Of a stretch of DNA of 64,000 bases, positions 21,365 through 30,711 are shown piece by piece. A program made the translations under genes and the position numbers. The stretch covers positions 768,001 to 832,000 of the forward strand of contig OY969622.1 of the NCBI GenBank assembly GCA_963701665.1. Direction: 5' to 3'. Each line of letters opens with the position of its first letter. The first letter of the stretch is position 1. This DNA is from Candidatus Babeliales bacterium (GTDB taxonomy: Bacteria > Babelota > Babeliae > Babelales > JANWKD01). The notes under the pieces are model-generated. The model ran no database searches. It worked only from the letters and a program-made list of their open reading frames with translations, and was not told the origin of the DNA.

Positions 21365-21521
21365 TATATCTCTCTATGAGTTGAACTTATGAGATAGTGT
21401 ATAACAACAACCAAAAATTGTCTATTTGGCTAAAATTCAAAAAACTAAATATATCGTTACAAATGGCTTATTTTTTGTTATTATATAGAAATAATTAAAT
21501 CCATAAAAAGAGGTTCATTTC

Positions 21522-22094
21522 ATGTTGAGAAAAATAGTTTTAATTCTATGCTTAGCGCCTTTAACAATCTGCCCTTATCAAGATAAAACTCTCCAAGATA
21601 CCTTCAATAAACAAGAAGGCATCTTTCTTGCCTCAGTTCAAGAAGCAGCGAAGGACACTCCTAAAGAAATACTACGCTGTGGAGTAACATTAGGTGCTCT
21701 TATTAAGAAAGCACTTATAAAAATCAAAAAACACACTATTCATTATTATACTCGTTCAAATGGATACGATAAAAATCTCTATAAAGAAAACCTAAAAAAA
21801 ATTGAAAAAAATATTGGAAATAAGCTGTTCAAAAATATTCTTGAGATGGATATTAAATACAAAACATACAATGCAATGACCAATGATATGACTAAGTTAG
21901 CAGCGCTCAACAAAAGTCTTGATCAATTATTTCAATTACTTGAAAAAAAATATGCAAAACAACTTACCATCATTAAGAGAAAACACCTTCATGAAATATC
22001 TGAATATCTCCCGTATGAAGAGATTAAAGAAATAATAGAATATATCGAGTCATTAGTTGATAAAGTAACGCAAGAATTTAAAAAAGCATTATAA
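21522..22094 (+). CDS. hypothetical exported helical protein
   Basis: Signal peptide; RBS gagg; low GC. Confidence 0.6.
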   Translation: MLRKIVLILCLAPLTICPYQDKTLQDTFNKQEGIFLASVQEAAKDTPKEILRCGVTLGALIKKALIKIKKHTIHYYTRSNGYDKNLYKENLKKIEKNIGNKLFKNILEMDIKYKTYNAMTNDMTKLAALNKSLDQLFQLLEKKYAKQLTIIKRKHLHEISEYLPYEEIKEIIEYIESLVDKVTQEFKKAL

Positions 22095-22109
22095 AAAAAT
22101 AGGCCCGCT

Positions 22110-22592
22110 ATGTTAAAAAAATCATTACTTACGTTTTTAATTTTAATCACAACGCTACAAACATTCTCCCATCAAGACAACCAAGCTGAAATTAATAAAC
22201 AAGAAGCAATTTTGCTTGCGTCAATAAAAAATTTCAATCCAGAAGAATTAAGCATAGTAAAAGAATATATAAAAACCTTAAGAAAAATAGTTATTTACAT
22301 GGATAGTTATCTTAATAATGAACCACTCAGAGCAAAAAATCCTGAACCGGCTTCAGTATTTAATACGAGAATAAGCACAAGCTCAATGAAGATAGCAAAG
22401 CTGAAAGACCTTTATGGCTTTATACAAAATATATATATACAAATTTGTGCCCTATCTTCTTTAGTACTAAATAAACATCTTGAGTATAATGGTGAAATAA
22501 TTCCTTTTGATGAAGAAGGAAAATCATTACATTATATGGCAGAATTGATAGAAAAAATGCTCGATGAAATTAGAAAATTGCAAGCAAACTAA
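22110..22592 (+). CDS. hypothetical exported helical protein (paralog of 21522..22094)
   Basis: NKQEAILLASI vs NKQEGIFLASV; similar IP/LP-x-D/E-E C-terminal region. Confidence 0.6.
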   Translation: MLKKSLLTFLILITTLQTFSHQDNQAEINKQEAILLASIKNFNPEELSIVKEYIKTLRKIVIYMDSYLNNEPLRAKNPEPASVFNTRISTSSMKIAKLKDLYGFIQNIYIQICALSSLVLNKHLEYNGEIIPFDEEGKSLHYMAELIEKMLDEIRKLQAN

Positions 22593-22593
22593 A

Positions 22594-22669
22594 GTGACAT
22601 TCGCCCATTTTTGTTTATGCTAATCTGAGTACCATAAATAATATCTTTGCAGTCGTAGCGAATTTCAAT
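22594..22669 (+). repeat. 76-bp direct repeat, copy 1 (duplicated argS upstream region)
   Basis: 3 mismatches relative to 23135..23210. Confidence 0.9.
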
Positions 22670-22682
22670 AAGGAATTTTAAT

Positions 22683-23123
22683 ATGGCAATGACTTTACAA
22701 GAAATTTCAGATCGTTTTGAGATAATGGATTTATTAACTGCTTATTGTTCTGCTATTGATTCTAAAGACATTGATGCTCTGGACCTTGTTTTTACTGATG
22801 ATGCTTGCATTGACTATTCAAAGGCAGGCGGGCCGAAGGCTGATTTGAAAACTATTAAAAAATTTTTACGCGAAAACTTAGGCAATTTGCCACGCCAACA
22901 TATTATTTCCAACTTCCAAATACAGATCAACGGTGATTCGGCAGATGTGCGTTCTCTTTGTTATAATCCATTGGAACTACCAAGCCAAGGAGATGTTCCT
23001 GAGGTAGCAATTTGGGGATTTTGGTATAATGACAAGCTAATTCGTACCTCAAATGGTTGGCGAATTAAAGAAAAAATCACTGAGCCTTGCTATAACTGGA
23101 AGATTCAAAGAACCAGTTCTTAG
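22683..23123 (+). CDS. NTF2/SnoaL-like family protein
   Basis: ISDRFEIMDLLTAYCSAIDSKD..VFTDDA.IDY; WYNDKLIRTSNGWRI. Confidence 0.85.
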   Translation: MAMTLQEISDRFEIMDLLTAYCSAIDSKDIDALDLVFTDDACIDYSKAGGPKADLKTIKKFLRENLGNLPRQHIISNFQIQINGDSADVRSLCYNPLELPSQGDVPEVAIWGFWYNDKLIRTSNGWRIKEKITEPCYNWKIQRTSS

Positions 23124-23134
23124 TTCAGACTAGG

Positions 23135-23210
23135 GTGACATTCGCCTATTTTTGTTTATGCTAATCTGAGTACCGTAAATAATATCTTTGCAGTTGTAGC
23201 GAATTTCAAT
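23135..23210 (+). repeat. 76-bp direct repeat, copy 2 (probable argS promoter/5' region)
   Basis: GTGACA...TATGCTAATCT promoter-like elements; ends inside the argS ATG. Confidence 0.9.
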
Positions 23211-24864
23211 GAAGAAAAATTCTTTAGACACTCTCAAACAAGCTTTTTATCTCTATCTCACCCAAACGTTTTCTAATGTCGAATCATTGCTGCCAAGCAT
23301 CACCTTTGAGCTCAATGCTGATGAAACCAAAAAAGATTTTGGTGATATCAGCACCAATGCTGCACTCGTTCTAGCCAAAGCATTAAAAAAGAACCCTCGC
23401 GACGTTGCTCAAACGATCAGCAAAGATTTTGTCCATTCACACGTTCAAAAAAGTGAAATTGCGGGCCCGGGATTTATCAATTTTTTCCTCACCCAAGCAT
23501 CCATGGATGAGCTAGCACAAACTCTTTTTGAGAATCATACCCATTTTTTTTCAGAATCATTGTCACCAAACAAAAGATATTGCATTGAATTTGTAAGTGC
23601 CAATCCAACGGGGCCTTTGCATCTTGGGCATGGGCGTGGCGGCATTATCGGGGATGTACTTGGCAATGTACTGAAATTTTTAGGTAACGACGTCATTAAA
23701 GAATACTATATCAATGATGCTGGTTCTCAAATTATCAAACTTGGCATTTCACTCAAAATTCGCTGTCAACAAGCCTTGGGCTATGATGCTGTTATTCCCG
23801 AAGATGGTTACCACGGTGAGTATCTAAAAACAGTGGCACAAGAATGCATTGATGAATTTGGGCAAACGATTGTCAATGAACCCGATTCAATTCTTGCACA
23901 ACACGCGCAAACAAAATTATTGCGCCTTATTAAAAAAACACTCGAAGATTACGGCATTCATTTTGATATGTGGTTTTCTGAAAAAACATTGCATGATGCA
24001 CAATCAGTCAAAAAAGTTCTTGAACAGCTTGAAAAAGGCGAATTCACTTATTTTCAAGATGGCGCACGTTGGTTTAGTTCCACGCGTTTTGGCGATGATA
24101 AAGATCGCGTTTTACAGCGCGCGAATGGTGAATATACCTACATTGCCGCAGATGTTGCCTATTTAGAAAATAAATTGAAACGAGGGTTTGATAATCTCAT
24201 TTTAATTCTCGGGCAAGATCACCACAGTTATGTTATTCGCATGAAAGCCATCATGCAGGCACTCGGAGAAAATCCCGAGCGTTTGGACATCATTCTTTAT
24301 CAACTTGTTACGCTCAAGGAAGATGGCGAACTATTGCGCATGTCAAAACGCGCGGGCACCATGGTGAGTCTTCATGAAATTATTGAAACGGTCGGCACTG
24401 ATGTCGCGCGTTTCTTTTATTTGAATCGAAAAGCGGACGCGCATCTTGAATTCGATGTTGGGCTTGCACTCAAAAAGAGTGAAGAAAATCCGGTTTATTA
24501 TATTCAATATGCCTACGTGCGCATCTTAAGCATTTTAGAAAAAGCACAGCAAGAAGAAGCACTCAACAACTGTTCATTAAAAGATCTTATAAATCTTGAT
24601 GAAGATGAAAAAATGCTGCTCAAAAAGATTATCGCACTCAAATCGCTTCTTGCCACCATTCAAACAACCTTTCAAACGCATTTATTAGCCTATTATACTA
24701 TTGAACTTGCTCACGCATTCCACCGCTATTACAGCAAAAATCGAGTCATCGATACAAAACAGGTAGAAATAAGTCGTATGCGCTTAGCATTGTTGCATAT
24801 TTTACGTGATTCTTTTGAGTTATGTTTGAAGCTACTTGGTGTCAGTGCGCCAAAAATCATGTAA
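23209..24864 (+). CDS. argS: arginine--tRNA ligase
   Basis: EFVSANPTGPLHLGHGRG, MSKRAG, NPVYYIQYAYVRI, LLGVSAP. Confidence 0.98.
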   Translation: MKKNSLDTLKQAFYLYLTQTFSNVESLLPSITFELNADETKKDFGDISTNAALVLAKALKKNPRDVAQTISKDFVHSHVQKSEIAGPGFINFFLTQASMDELAQTLFENHTHFFSESLSPNKRYCIEFVSANPTGPLHLGHGRGGIIGDVLGNVLKFLGNDVIKEYYINDAGSQIIKLGISLKIRCQQALGYDAVIPEDGYHGEYLKTVAQECIDEFGQTIVNEPDSILAQHAQTKLLRLIKKTLEDYGIHFDMWFSEKTLHDAQSVKKVLEQLEKGEFTYFQDGARWFSSTRFGDDKDRVLQRANGEYTYIAADVAYLENKLKRGFDNLILILGQDHHSYVIRMKAIMQALGENPERLDIILYQLVTLKEDGELLRMSKRAGTMVSLHEIIETVGTDVARFFYLNRKADAHLEFDVGLALKKSEENPVYYIQYAYVRILSILEKAQQEEALNNCSLKDLINLDEDEKMLLKKIIALKSLLATIQTTFQTHLLAYYTIELAHAFHRYYSKNRVIDTKQVEISRMRLALLHILRDSFELCLKLLGVSAPKIM

Positions 24865-24865
24865 G

Positions 24866-25888
24866 CTATTTTTCAAAACTTATACGATATGTTTCTAATT
24901 CTTTAATCCACGCTGTTTTTTGTTCTGCTGATGCAAATGATGATGCAAATGAATTCCGTGCGCATTGTACAAGATCATTATGTGATAAGCCTATTTTGGC
25001 GAAAGCTGCTTCATAGTTTTCATTAATATAGCTGCAAAAAAAGGCCGGATCATCTGAATTGATACTCACCAGAATGCCAGCATCAAACATCTTTTTGAGC
25101 GGGTGATTACGCACGTCGCCTACAATACCAAGAGCAACATTTGATAAAGGACACACAGTAAAAGCAATATTTTTCTTAATCACTTCTTGCACTAACGCCT
25201 GATCCTCAAGCACGTGAATGCCATGATCAATGCGTTCCACATCAAGTAATTGAATAGTGTCTCGAATCATTCCTGCATCGCATTCGCCCGCATGTGCAAC
25301 ACGATGAAAGCCATGCTTTTTTGCTTGCGCAAAGACATCAACAAATTTTGAAGGCGGGTTACCTTTTTCTGTTGAGGCCAAACCAACGCCAATTACGTAT
25401 TGTTTAAACGGCAGCAAAAGTTCAAGTGCTTCATGAGCATTTGCTTCACTTAAATGCCGAATAAAGCACATAATCATTTCAGCTGACATGCCAAACATTT
25501 TTTTGGCATCTTCAATGGCATGATAAATACCCATAATGATCGTTTTAGCAGGTAGCGCGCGCGGCATGTATGTTTGCAGATCAAAAAAAATCTCCGCGTG
25601 CATCACCTGTTGAGCGTACGCTTTTTTTAAATAAGCGAGGGTGAGATCATAAAAATCTCGCTCGGTACATAAAACGCGCGTTATCTGAACGTACGCATCA
25701 ATAAATGATTGATAATCTGAAAATTGATAGGCCTGTTTTGCTTGTTCGAGCGTTGTATAAGGAATCTTAATTTTATTGCGCTCGGCAAAGAGCAAAAATT
25801 GCTCCGGTTCCATCGTACCTTCAAAATGCACATGCAACTCTGCTTTCGGCATGTTTTTTATAAAATTTTCTTCATTATTTTTGAACAT
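24866..25888 (-). CDS. add: adenosine/adenine deaminase
   Basis: PKAELHVHFEG, VAHAGE, RIDHG, TVCPLSN, NSDDPAFF. Confidence 0.92.
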   Translation of the reverse strand: MFKNNEENFIKNMPKAELHVHFEGTMEPEQFLLFAERNKIKIPYTTLEQAKQAYQFSDYQSFIDAYVQITRVLCTERDFYDLTLAYLKKAYAQQVMHAEIFFDLQTYMPRALPAKTIIMGIYHAIEDAKKMFGMSAEMIMCFIRHLSEANAHEALELLLPFKQYVIGVGLASTEKGNPPSKFVDVFAQAKKHGFHRVAHAGECDAGMIRDTIQLLDVERIDHGIHVLEDQALVQEVIKKNIAFTVCPLSNVALGIVGDVRNHPLKKMFDAGILVSINSDDPAFFCSYINENYEAAFAKIGLSHNDLVQCARNSFASSFASAEQKTAWIKELETYRISFEK

Positions 25889-26010
25889 TGGCTTTTAAAT
25901 ACCCCTTATTTTTAACCTACTTGTTTAACAATTGATACTTTAATAAGTTATGATATAGTATGCACAACATTTCAATAATAACTTTTTTTATACGCTGAAA
26001 GGATAGCTCA

Positions 26011-26784
26011 ATGATGGTTTTTAAAAAAAGTTTAGCTGCGTTATCTCTCATGATGTTTTTTCAGGCCTATGCAGGACTCACACAAGAAGCACGAGAAAAA
26101 GGATTTGTATATTTGAAAGACATCGATCCAACAATTCGTGTTTCATTGCGGTATTTCTCTTCAGAAAATTTTGTTGGCAAGCCGGTTGATAGTTATAACA
26201 GTGACGTATTAATTGTACACAAAAAAACAGCAAAAAAATTAAGAAGAGTACAACGAGATGTCCAAAAAGATGGGTATTCATTGGTTATTTATGATGCGTA
26301 TCGCCCTCAAGATGCCGTTAATCATTTCATGCGTTGGAGTGAAGATCCATCAGACCAAACAAAAAAAGAAGAATATTATCCTCGTGTTGATAAAGCAAAA
26401 GTTTTTGAACTTGGCTATGTTGCAAAAAAGTCAGGACATAGCAGAGGAAGCACGGTTGATTTAACGCTAATTAAAAATGATGCACAATTACATCCGATAG
26501 AAAAGAAAGAACGTACCCTATTAGATGGTTTTAAAATTTTCTTACTAGATGATGGAACCGTTGATATGGGTTCATCATTTGATTTATTTGATAAGGCCTC
26601 CCATTATGAAGGTAATGATGATCTTATTGAGCCGCAGTATAAGCAACGAAGAACTTATTTAAAAGAAAAAATGGAAGCTCATGAGTTCAATAACTATTCA
26701 GAAGAATGGTGGCACTATACCCATAAGAATGAACCGTATATACGCAGTGAAGAATCGAGCTATTTCAATTTCCCGGTAGAGTAA
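26011..26784 (+). CDS. D-Ala-D-Ala dipeptidase (M15, VanX/DdpX family) with signal peptide
   Basis: YDAYRPQ, SGHSRGSTVD (SxHxxGxxxD), EEWWH all intact. Confidence 0.93.
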   Translation: MMVFKKSLAALSLMMFFQAYAGLTQEAREKGFVYLKDIDPTIRVSLRYFSSENFVGKPVDSYNSDVLIVHKKTAKKLRRVQRDVQKDGYSLVIYDAYRPQDAVNHFMRWSEDPSDQTKKEEYYPRVDKAKVFELGYVAKKSGHSRGSTVDLTLIKNDAQLHPIEKKERTLLDGFKIFLLDDGTVDMGSSFDLFDKASHYEGNDDLIEPQYKQRRTYLKEKMEAHEFNNYSEEWWHYTHKNEPYIRSEESSYFNFPVE

Positions 26785-26807
26785 CACTTTTAATATTTTC
26801 TATAATA

Positions 26808-26840
26808 AAAAAAAGCCTGGCAAACAACCAGGCTTTTTTT
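26808..26840 (+). terminator. rho-independent terminator
   Basis: AAAAAAAGCCTGG-caaacaa-CCAGGCTTTTTTT. Confidence 0.85.
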
Positions 26841-26983
26841 ATTTGTGAGACACTTTCCCCGTCTAACTTATCAAATATGCATGTCAAAGAGAGATTATTC
26901 AGTTTTTTGATAATCAAAATTGCTACTTTATAATAGCTTATGCTAGAGTATGCACAATATTGTCATAACGTTTTAGCGAAAGG

Positions 26984-27802
26984 ATGCTTTCAATGGTATT
27001 GACGGAAAAAAAAGCATTTTTATTCTTACTCATACTATTAAGCTGTAGTATTGATCATACTCTGCAAGCAAAAAAATTAATTGCTTCAAACCTTGGAAAT
27101 GAAGCGCATTCAAAGGGCTTTGTATATTTGTGTAATATAAAAGATACAGATGACATCAAACCCTCTTTAAGGCTTGTTTCCTTACAAAATTTTGCCGGAA
27201 TGCGTATGAAAGGATTCTCAAGAAAAGATCAGGTAGTTCTTACTAAAAAAACAGCAAAAAAACTTAAAAAAGTACAACGAGATGTCCAAGAAGATGACTA
27301 TTCATTAGTTATTTATAATGCGTATCATCCTCAAGATACCGATGATCAACTCATGAATTGGGCTGCAGATCTTTCAGATCAAAAAAACAAAGCAGATTAC
27401 TATCCTAATGTGGATAAATCAGAATTAATTAACCTTGGTTATATAACTCCTACATCAGCCAATAGCGTAGGACGTACCGTTGAGGTAACCTTAATTGAAA
27501 AAAATAAAAAATTACAAACAATAGTTAAGAGAAAGCGAATATTACAAGATGGAAGTAGCATTGTGCTTCTCGATGATGGTACGGTTGATATGGGCTCATC
27601 GTATGGATTATTTGATAAGGCATCTCACACTGATGACAACGGGCTTCTTGCACCAAAATTCAAAAAACGAAGAATGTATTTGCGCCGGATGATGGCTGCA
27701 CACGGATTCGTTAACACTGATCCAACAAAATGGTGGCTTTTCACCCTTGTAGGTAAGCCCAATACAGATGACAATCAGCACTTCAACTTTCATGTTCAAT
27801 AA
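26984..27802 (+). CDS. VanX/DdpX paralog with substituted catalytic residues (pseudo-enzyme)
   Basis: Collinear with the upstream copy, but motifs read YNAYHPQ, SANSVGRTVE, TKWWL. Confidence 0.85.
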   Translation: MLSMVLTEKKAFLFLLILLSCSIDHTLQAKKLIASNLGNEAHSKGFVYLCNIKDTDDIKPSLRLVSLQNFAGMRMKGFSRKDQVVLTKKTAKKLKKVQRDVQEDDYSLVIYNAYHPQDTDDQLMNWAADLSDQKNKADYYPNVDKSELINLGYITPTSANSVGRTVEVTLIEKNKKLQTIVKRKRILQDGSSIVLLDDGTVDMGSSYGLFDKASHTDDNGLLAPKFKKRRMYLRRMMAAHGFVNTDPTKWWLFTLVGKPNTDDNQHFNFHVQ

Positions 27803-27825
27803 ATCAATTTCAAAAACTTATGGTA

Positions 27826-27856
27826 AAAAGGCTTGGTTTTTAAACCAGGCCCTTTT
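27826..27856 (+). terminator. probable terminator
   Basis: GGCTTGGTTT/AAACCAGGCC hairpin followed by TTTT. Confidence 0.6.
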
Positions 27857-27982
27857 ATATCCTTTTTGATCTCCTCCCTTGCCAAAGCCCTAGTTGCTCA
27901 AAATCAACATTTTTGGCACACTAGAAATTGGTATCCCTACCTTTATAATTACTTGTATTATCCCCTTCAGGAGTTTTTCACA

Positions 27983-28579
27983 ATGACTAAAATTAGCATT
28001 GAACTTATTCAACAATTACGCGATCGTACCGGCCTTGGCATGATGGATTGCAAAAAAGCACTTATTGAAGCTAATGGCGATCTAGAAAAGGCCGTAGAGC
28101 TTTTACGCAAAAAAGGTGCTTCAGTTGCTGCTAAACGTTCTGGTAACGTAACTGCTGAGGGTTTAGTTCATGCCTATATCCACCCAGGAAGCAAAGTCGG
28201 CGTATTATTAGAAGTTAATTGTGAAACCGATTTTGTCGCTAATACTGATACTATCAAGCAATTTGCTGCCGATGTCTGCCTTCACATTGCTGCTATGAAA
28301 CCTCTTTTTATTAATCCTGAAGATGTTGATGCTGCGCTCATTGAAAAAGAACGTGAAATTTTTAGAGCACAAATGGAAACTTCAGGAAAACCTGAAAAAA
28401 TTGTTGATCAAATTGTGCAAGGGAAAATAAACAAATTTTTTTCAGAAATTTGCCTCATGCAACAACCCTTCATAAAAAATGATAAGCTCACTATTGATGA
28501 ATACTTAAAAGAAACCGTCGGTAAATTGGGTGAAAATATCAAAATTAAACGTTTTGCGCGTTTTGAAGTTGGTCATTAA
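27983..28579 (+). CDS. tsf: elongation factor Ts (short form)
   Basis: LRDRTGLGMMDCKKAL, EVNCETDFVA; true start is probably the ATG at 27983. Confidence 0.97.
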   Translation: MTKISIELIQQLRDRTGLGMMDCKKALIEANGDLEKAVELLRKKGASVAAKRSGNVTAEGLVHAYIHPGSKVGVLLEVNCETDFVANTDTIKQFAADVCLHIAAMKPLFINPEDVDAALIEKEREIFRAQMETSGKPEKIVDQIVQGKINKFFSEICLMQQPFIKNDKLTIDEYLKETVGKLGENIKIKRFARFEVGH

Positions 28580-28587
28580 AGGTTATC

Positions 28588-29304
28588 ATGAAAGACTCTA
28601 TACCCAGCAAAAAGACTATTCTTTTAAAGCTTACGGGTGAAGTTTTTTTATCATCAACACGCACCTTGGACGCCTCTCTCATTAATTCCATAGCTCACCA
28701 AATCAAAGAGCTATCAGATCGGTATTACTTTGGTATTGTTATTGGCGGTGGCAATTTTTTTCGTGGCAACGTCCAAGGAAAAGCGCTGGGTTTATCTCCT
28801 TCAGTTGGTCACCAAATTGGTATGTTAGCCACCGTTATGAACGGTTTAATCATCAAAGATTTGTTCGAGCAACAAGGAGTGCAATCCGCCGTTTTTTGCG
28901 CATTACCTTCTTCTGAAATTGGTACCGCCATTTCGCAGCAAGCTATAAACAATGCCATTGAAAAAGGCACCTGTATCATTTTCACGGGCGGCACAGGAAA
29001 CCCTTTTTTCACCACGGACACCACAGCAGTGGTACGCGCGTTGCAAATGCAAGCTGATATGGTATGGAAAGCTACCCATGTCGAGGGCATTTATGATGCA
29101 GACCCTCGCCAAAAAGAAAACGCTCAACTATTGAAAACCATATCTTTCAAAGAAGTATTAGATAATAATTTAAAAATTATGGATTCAACTGCTTTCACCC
29201 TTGCGCGAGAACATCGTTTACCAATACGGGTATTTAATATTTTTCATGAAAATGCGTTATTAAAAGCAGCTGAATCATCTGATTTTGGCAGTATAATTCA
29301 GTGA
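28588..29304 (+). CDS. pyrH: UMP kinase
   Basis: LLKLTGE, VIGGGNFFRG, GTGNPFFTTDT, MDSTA. Confidence 0.96.
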   Translation: MKDSIPSKKTILLKLTGEVFLSSTRTLDASLINSIAHQIKELSDRYYFGIVIGGGNFFRGNVQGKALGLSPSVGHQIGMLATVMNGLIIKDLFEQQGVQSAVFCALPSSEIGTAISQQAINNAIEKGTCIIFTGGTGNPFFTTDTTAVVRALQMQADMVWKATHVEGIYDADPRQKENAQLLKTISFKEVLDNNLKIMDSTAFTLAREHRLPIRVFNIFHENALLKAAESSDFGSIIQ

Positions 29305-29323
29305 TTTTTCACAAAGGATTTAT

Positions 29324-29911
29324 ATGATAGATTTAAAACTTACCGATACAAATATAAAAGAATTTGAAAAAGCAGCGACTGGTGAAATGGATAAAGCTGT
29401 TAAACATTATGAACGAGAGCTTATAACCATTCGCACGGGAAGAGCACATCCCGCACTCGTTGAAGGCATCAAGTTCACCGCATATGGAACGAGCGTTCTA
29501 ACGATAAAAGAAGCAGCCTCGATTACTGTTCCTGAACCTCGCTTCATAGTAATTCAACCGTGGGATCAAAACACCATCCAAGATATTGAAAAAGCGCTTT
29601 CAACATCTGACGTAGGGTTAACGCCTGTTATTGACGGCAACATCATCCGCATTCGCTTGCCAGAAATGAGTACTGCACGTCGTGACGAGCTTGTAAAAAT
29701 TTTAAGTAAAAAAACAGAAGATTCACGCATCTCCGTACGCAATGTTCGTAAAGACTTTCATAATTTGATTCGTGATTCAGAAAAAAATAAATCGATCTCA
29801 GAAGATCATAGCAGAAGGCTCGCTGATACGTTACAAAAGATAACTGATAAATTTATTGGCACTATTGATCAGATGGCTCAGAAAAAAGAAAATGAGATTA
29901 AAACCGTATAA
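29324..29911 (+). CDS. frr: ribosome recycling factor
   Basis: IRTGRAHP, IQPWD, RISVRNVRKD; position after tsf-pyrH. Confidence 0.96.
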   Translation: MIDLKLTDTNIKEFEKAATGEMDKAVKHYERELITIRTGRAHPALVEGIKFTAYGTSVLTIKEAASITVPEPRFIVIQPWDQNTIQDIEKALSTSDVGLTPVIDGNIIRIRLPEMSTARRDELVKILSKKTEDSRISVRNVRKDFHNLIRDSEKNKSISEDHSRRLADTLQKITDKFIGTIDQMAQKKENEIKTV

Positions 29912-29986
29912 AACGCTTTTATTTCTTTCTTATTTTGTTAAACTTTGAAGAAGTAATTGAAGTATACGGTGGTATGCATATACAGA

Positions 29987-30062
29987 GGGCCGCTAGCTCA
30001 ATTGGTAGAGCGACAGACTCTTAATCTGCAGGTTATTGGTTCGATTCCAATGCGGCCCACCA
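29987..30062 (+). tRNA. tRNA-Lys(CTT)
   Basis: Acceptor GGGCCGC/GCGGCCC, anticodon loop CTCTTAA, TTCGATT T-loop, encoded CCA. Confidence 0.95.
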
Positions 30063-30066
30063 ATCT

Positions 30067-30329
30067 ACGCCTGCATGGGGAAAAACTTCGATGTGACGTT
30101 TGGCTACGATTGGCTACGCCATTTTCTTTACGGAGATGATAGCGTAGATTGCCCGTCGTAGCTTGCCAAGCCGGAAGGCGTGGATAAGCGAAGACTGGGC
30201 AGACGCCTGCATGGGGAAAAACTTCGATGTGACATTTGGCTACGATTGGCTACGCCATTTTCTTTACGGAGATGATAGCGTAGATTGCCCGTCGTAGCTT
30301 GCCAAGCCGGAAGGCGTGGATAAGCGAAG
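30067..30329 (+). repeat. tandem 127-bp repeat (period 136) directly after tRNA-Lys
   Basis: 30067..30193 equals 30203..30329 with one mismatch; contains CCCGTCGTAGC...GCGAAG hairpin motif. Confidence 0.9.
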
Positions 30330-30606
30330 GCGGAAGCTCAATTTCTCTTCGAAGACATTCCATTGCAAGCGAAGACTGGGCGAACCTGCTCTATGAGAAT
30401 GACTGGCAAGCCAGTTTCTTAATGGATATGTATTAAAATTTGAAATATGCGAGGTAGAGATCACTTTTTGAATCATTAATCGTGATGGGTTGCGCACTTT
30501 TATAAAAGTAACTATATTGACATTACTGTACGTAGCAACGATGGATTGCTTATGTAAAAATTGTTAACGTGTGTGGCAAGCCTTCGTTCTTTGAAGAAAG
30601 TTACCT

Positions 30607-30693
30607 GCAAGAGTGGCGGAATTGGTAGACGCGCTGGACTTAGGATCCAGTTCCCGAAAGGGAGTGGGGGTTCGATTCCCTTCTCTTGCACCA
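30607..30693 (+). tRNA. tRNA-Leu(TAG)
   Basis: Acceptor GCAAGAG/CTCTTGC, anticodon loop CTTAGGA, long variable arm, encoded CCA. Confidence 0.95.
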
Positions 30694-30711
30694 AAAAAAG
30701 GAGAACGTAGA

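Noticed and set aside
26011..26784. Vancomycin resistance cluster
   Set aside because: No vanA/vanH/vanRS nearby; stand-alone DdpX-like enzymes are widespread
30067..30329. Possible CRISPR array
   Set aside because: Only two long units, no series of unique spacers, and no cas genes in the window
30613..30711. N-terminal extension of the tig ORF (similarly for tsf, trxB, rpmH, ftsH)
   Set aside because: Overlaps tRNA-Leu, or upstream genes and intergenic DNA; downstream ATGs match the family starts
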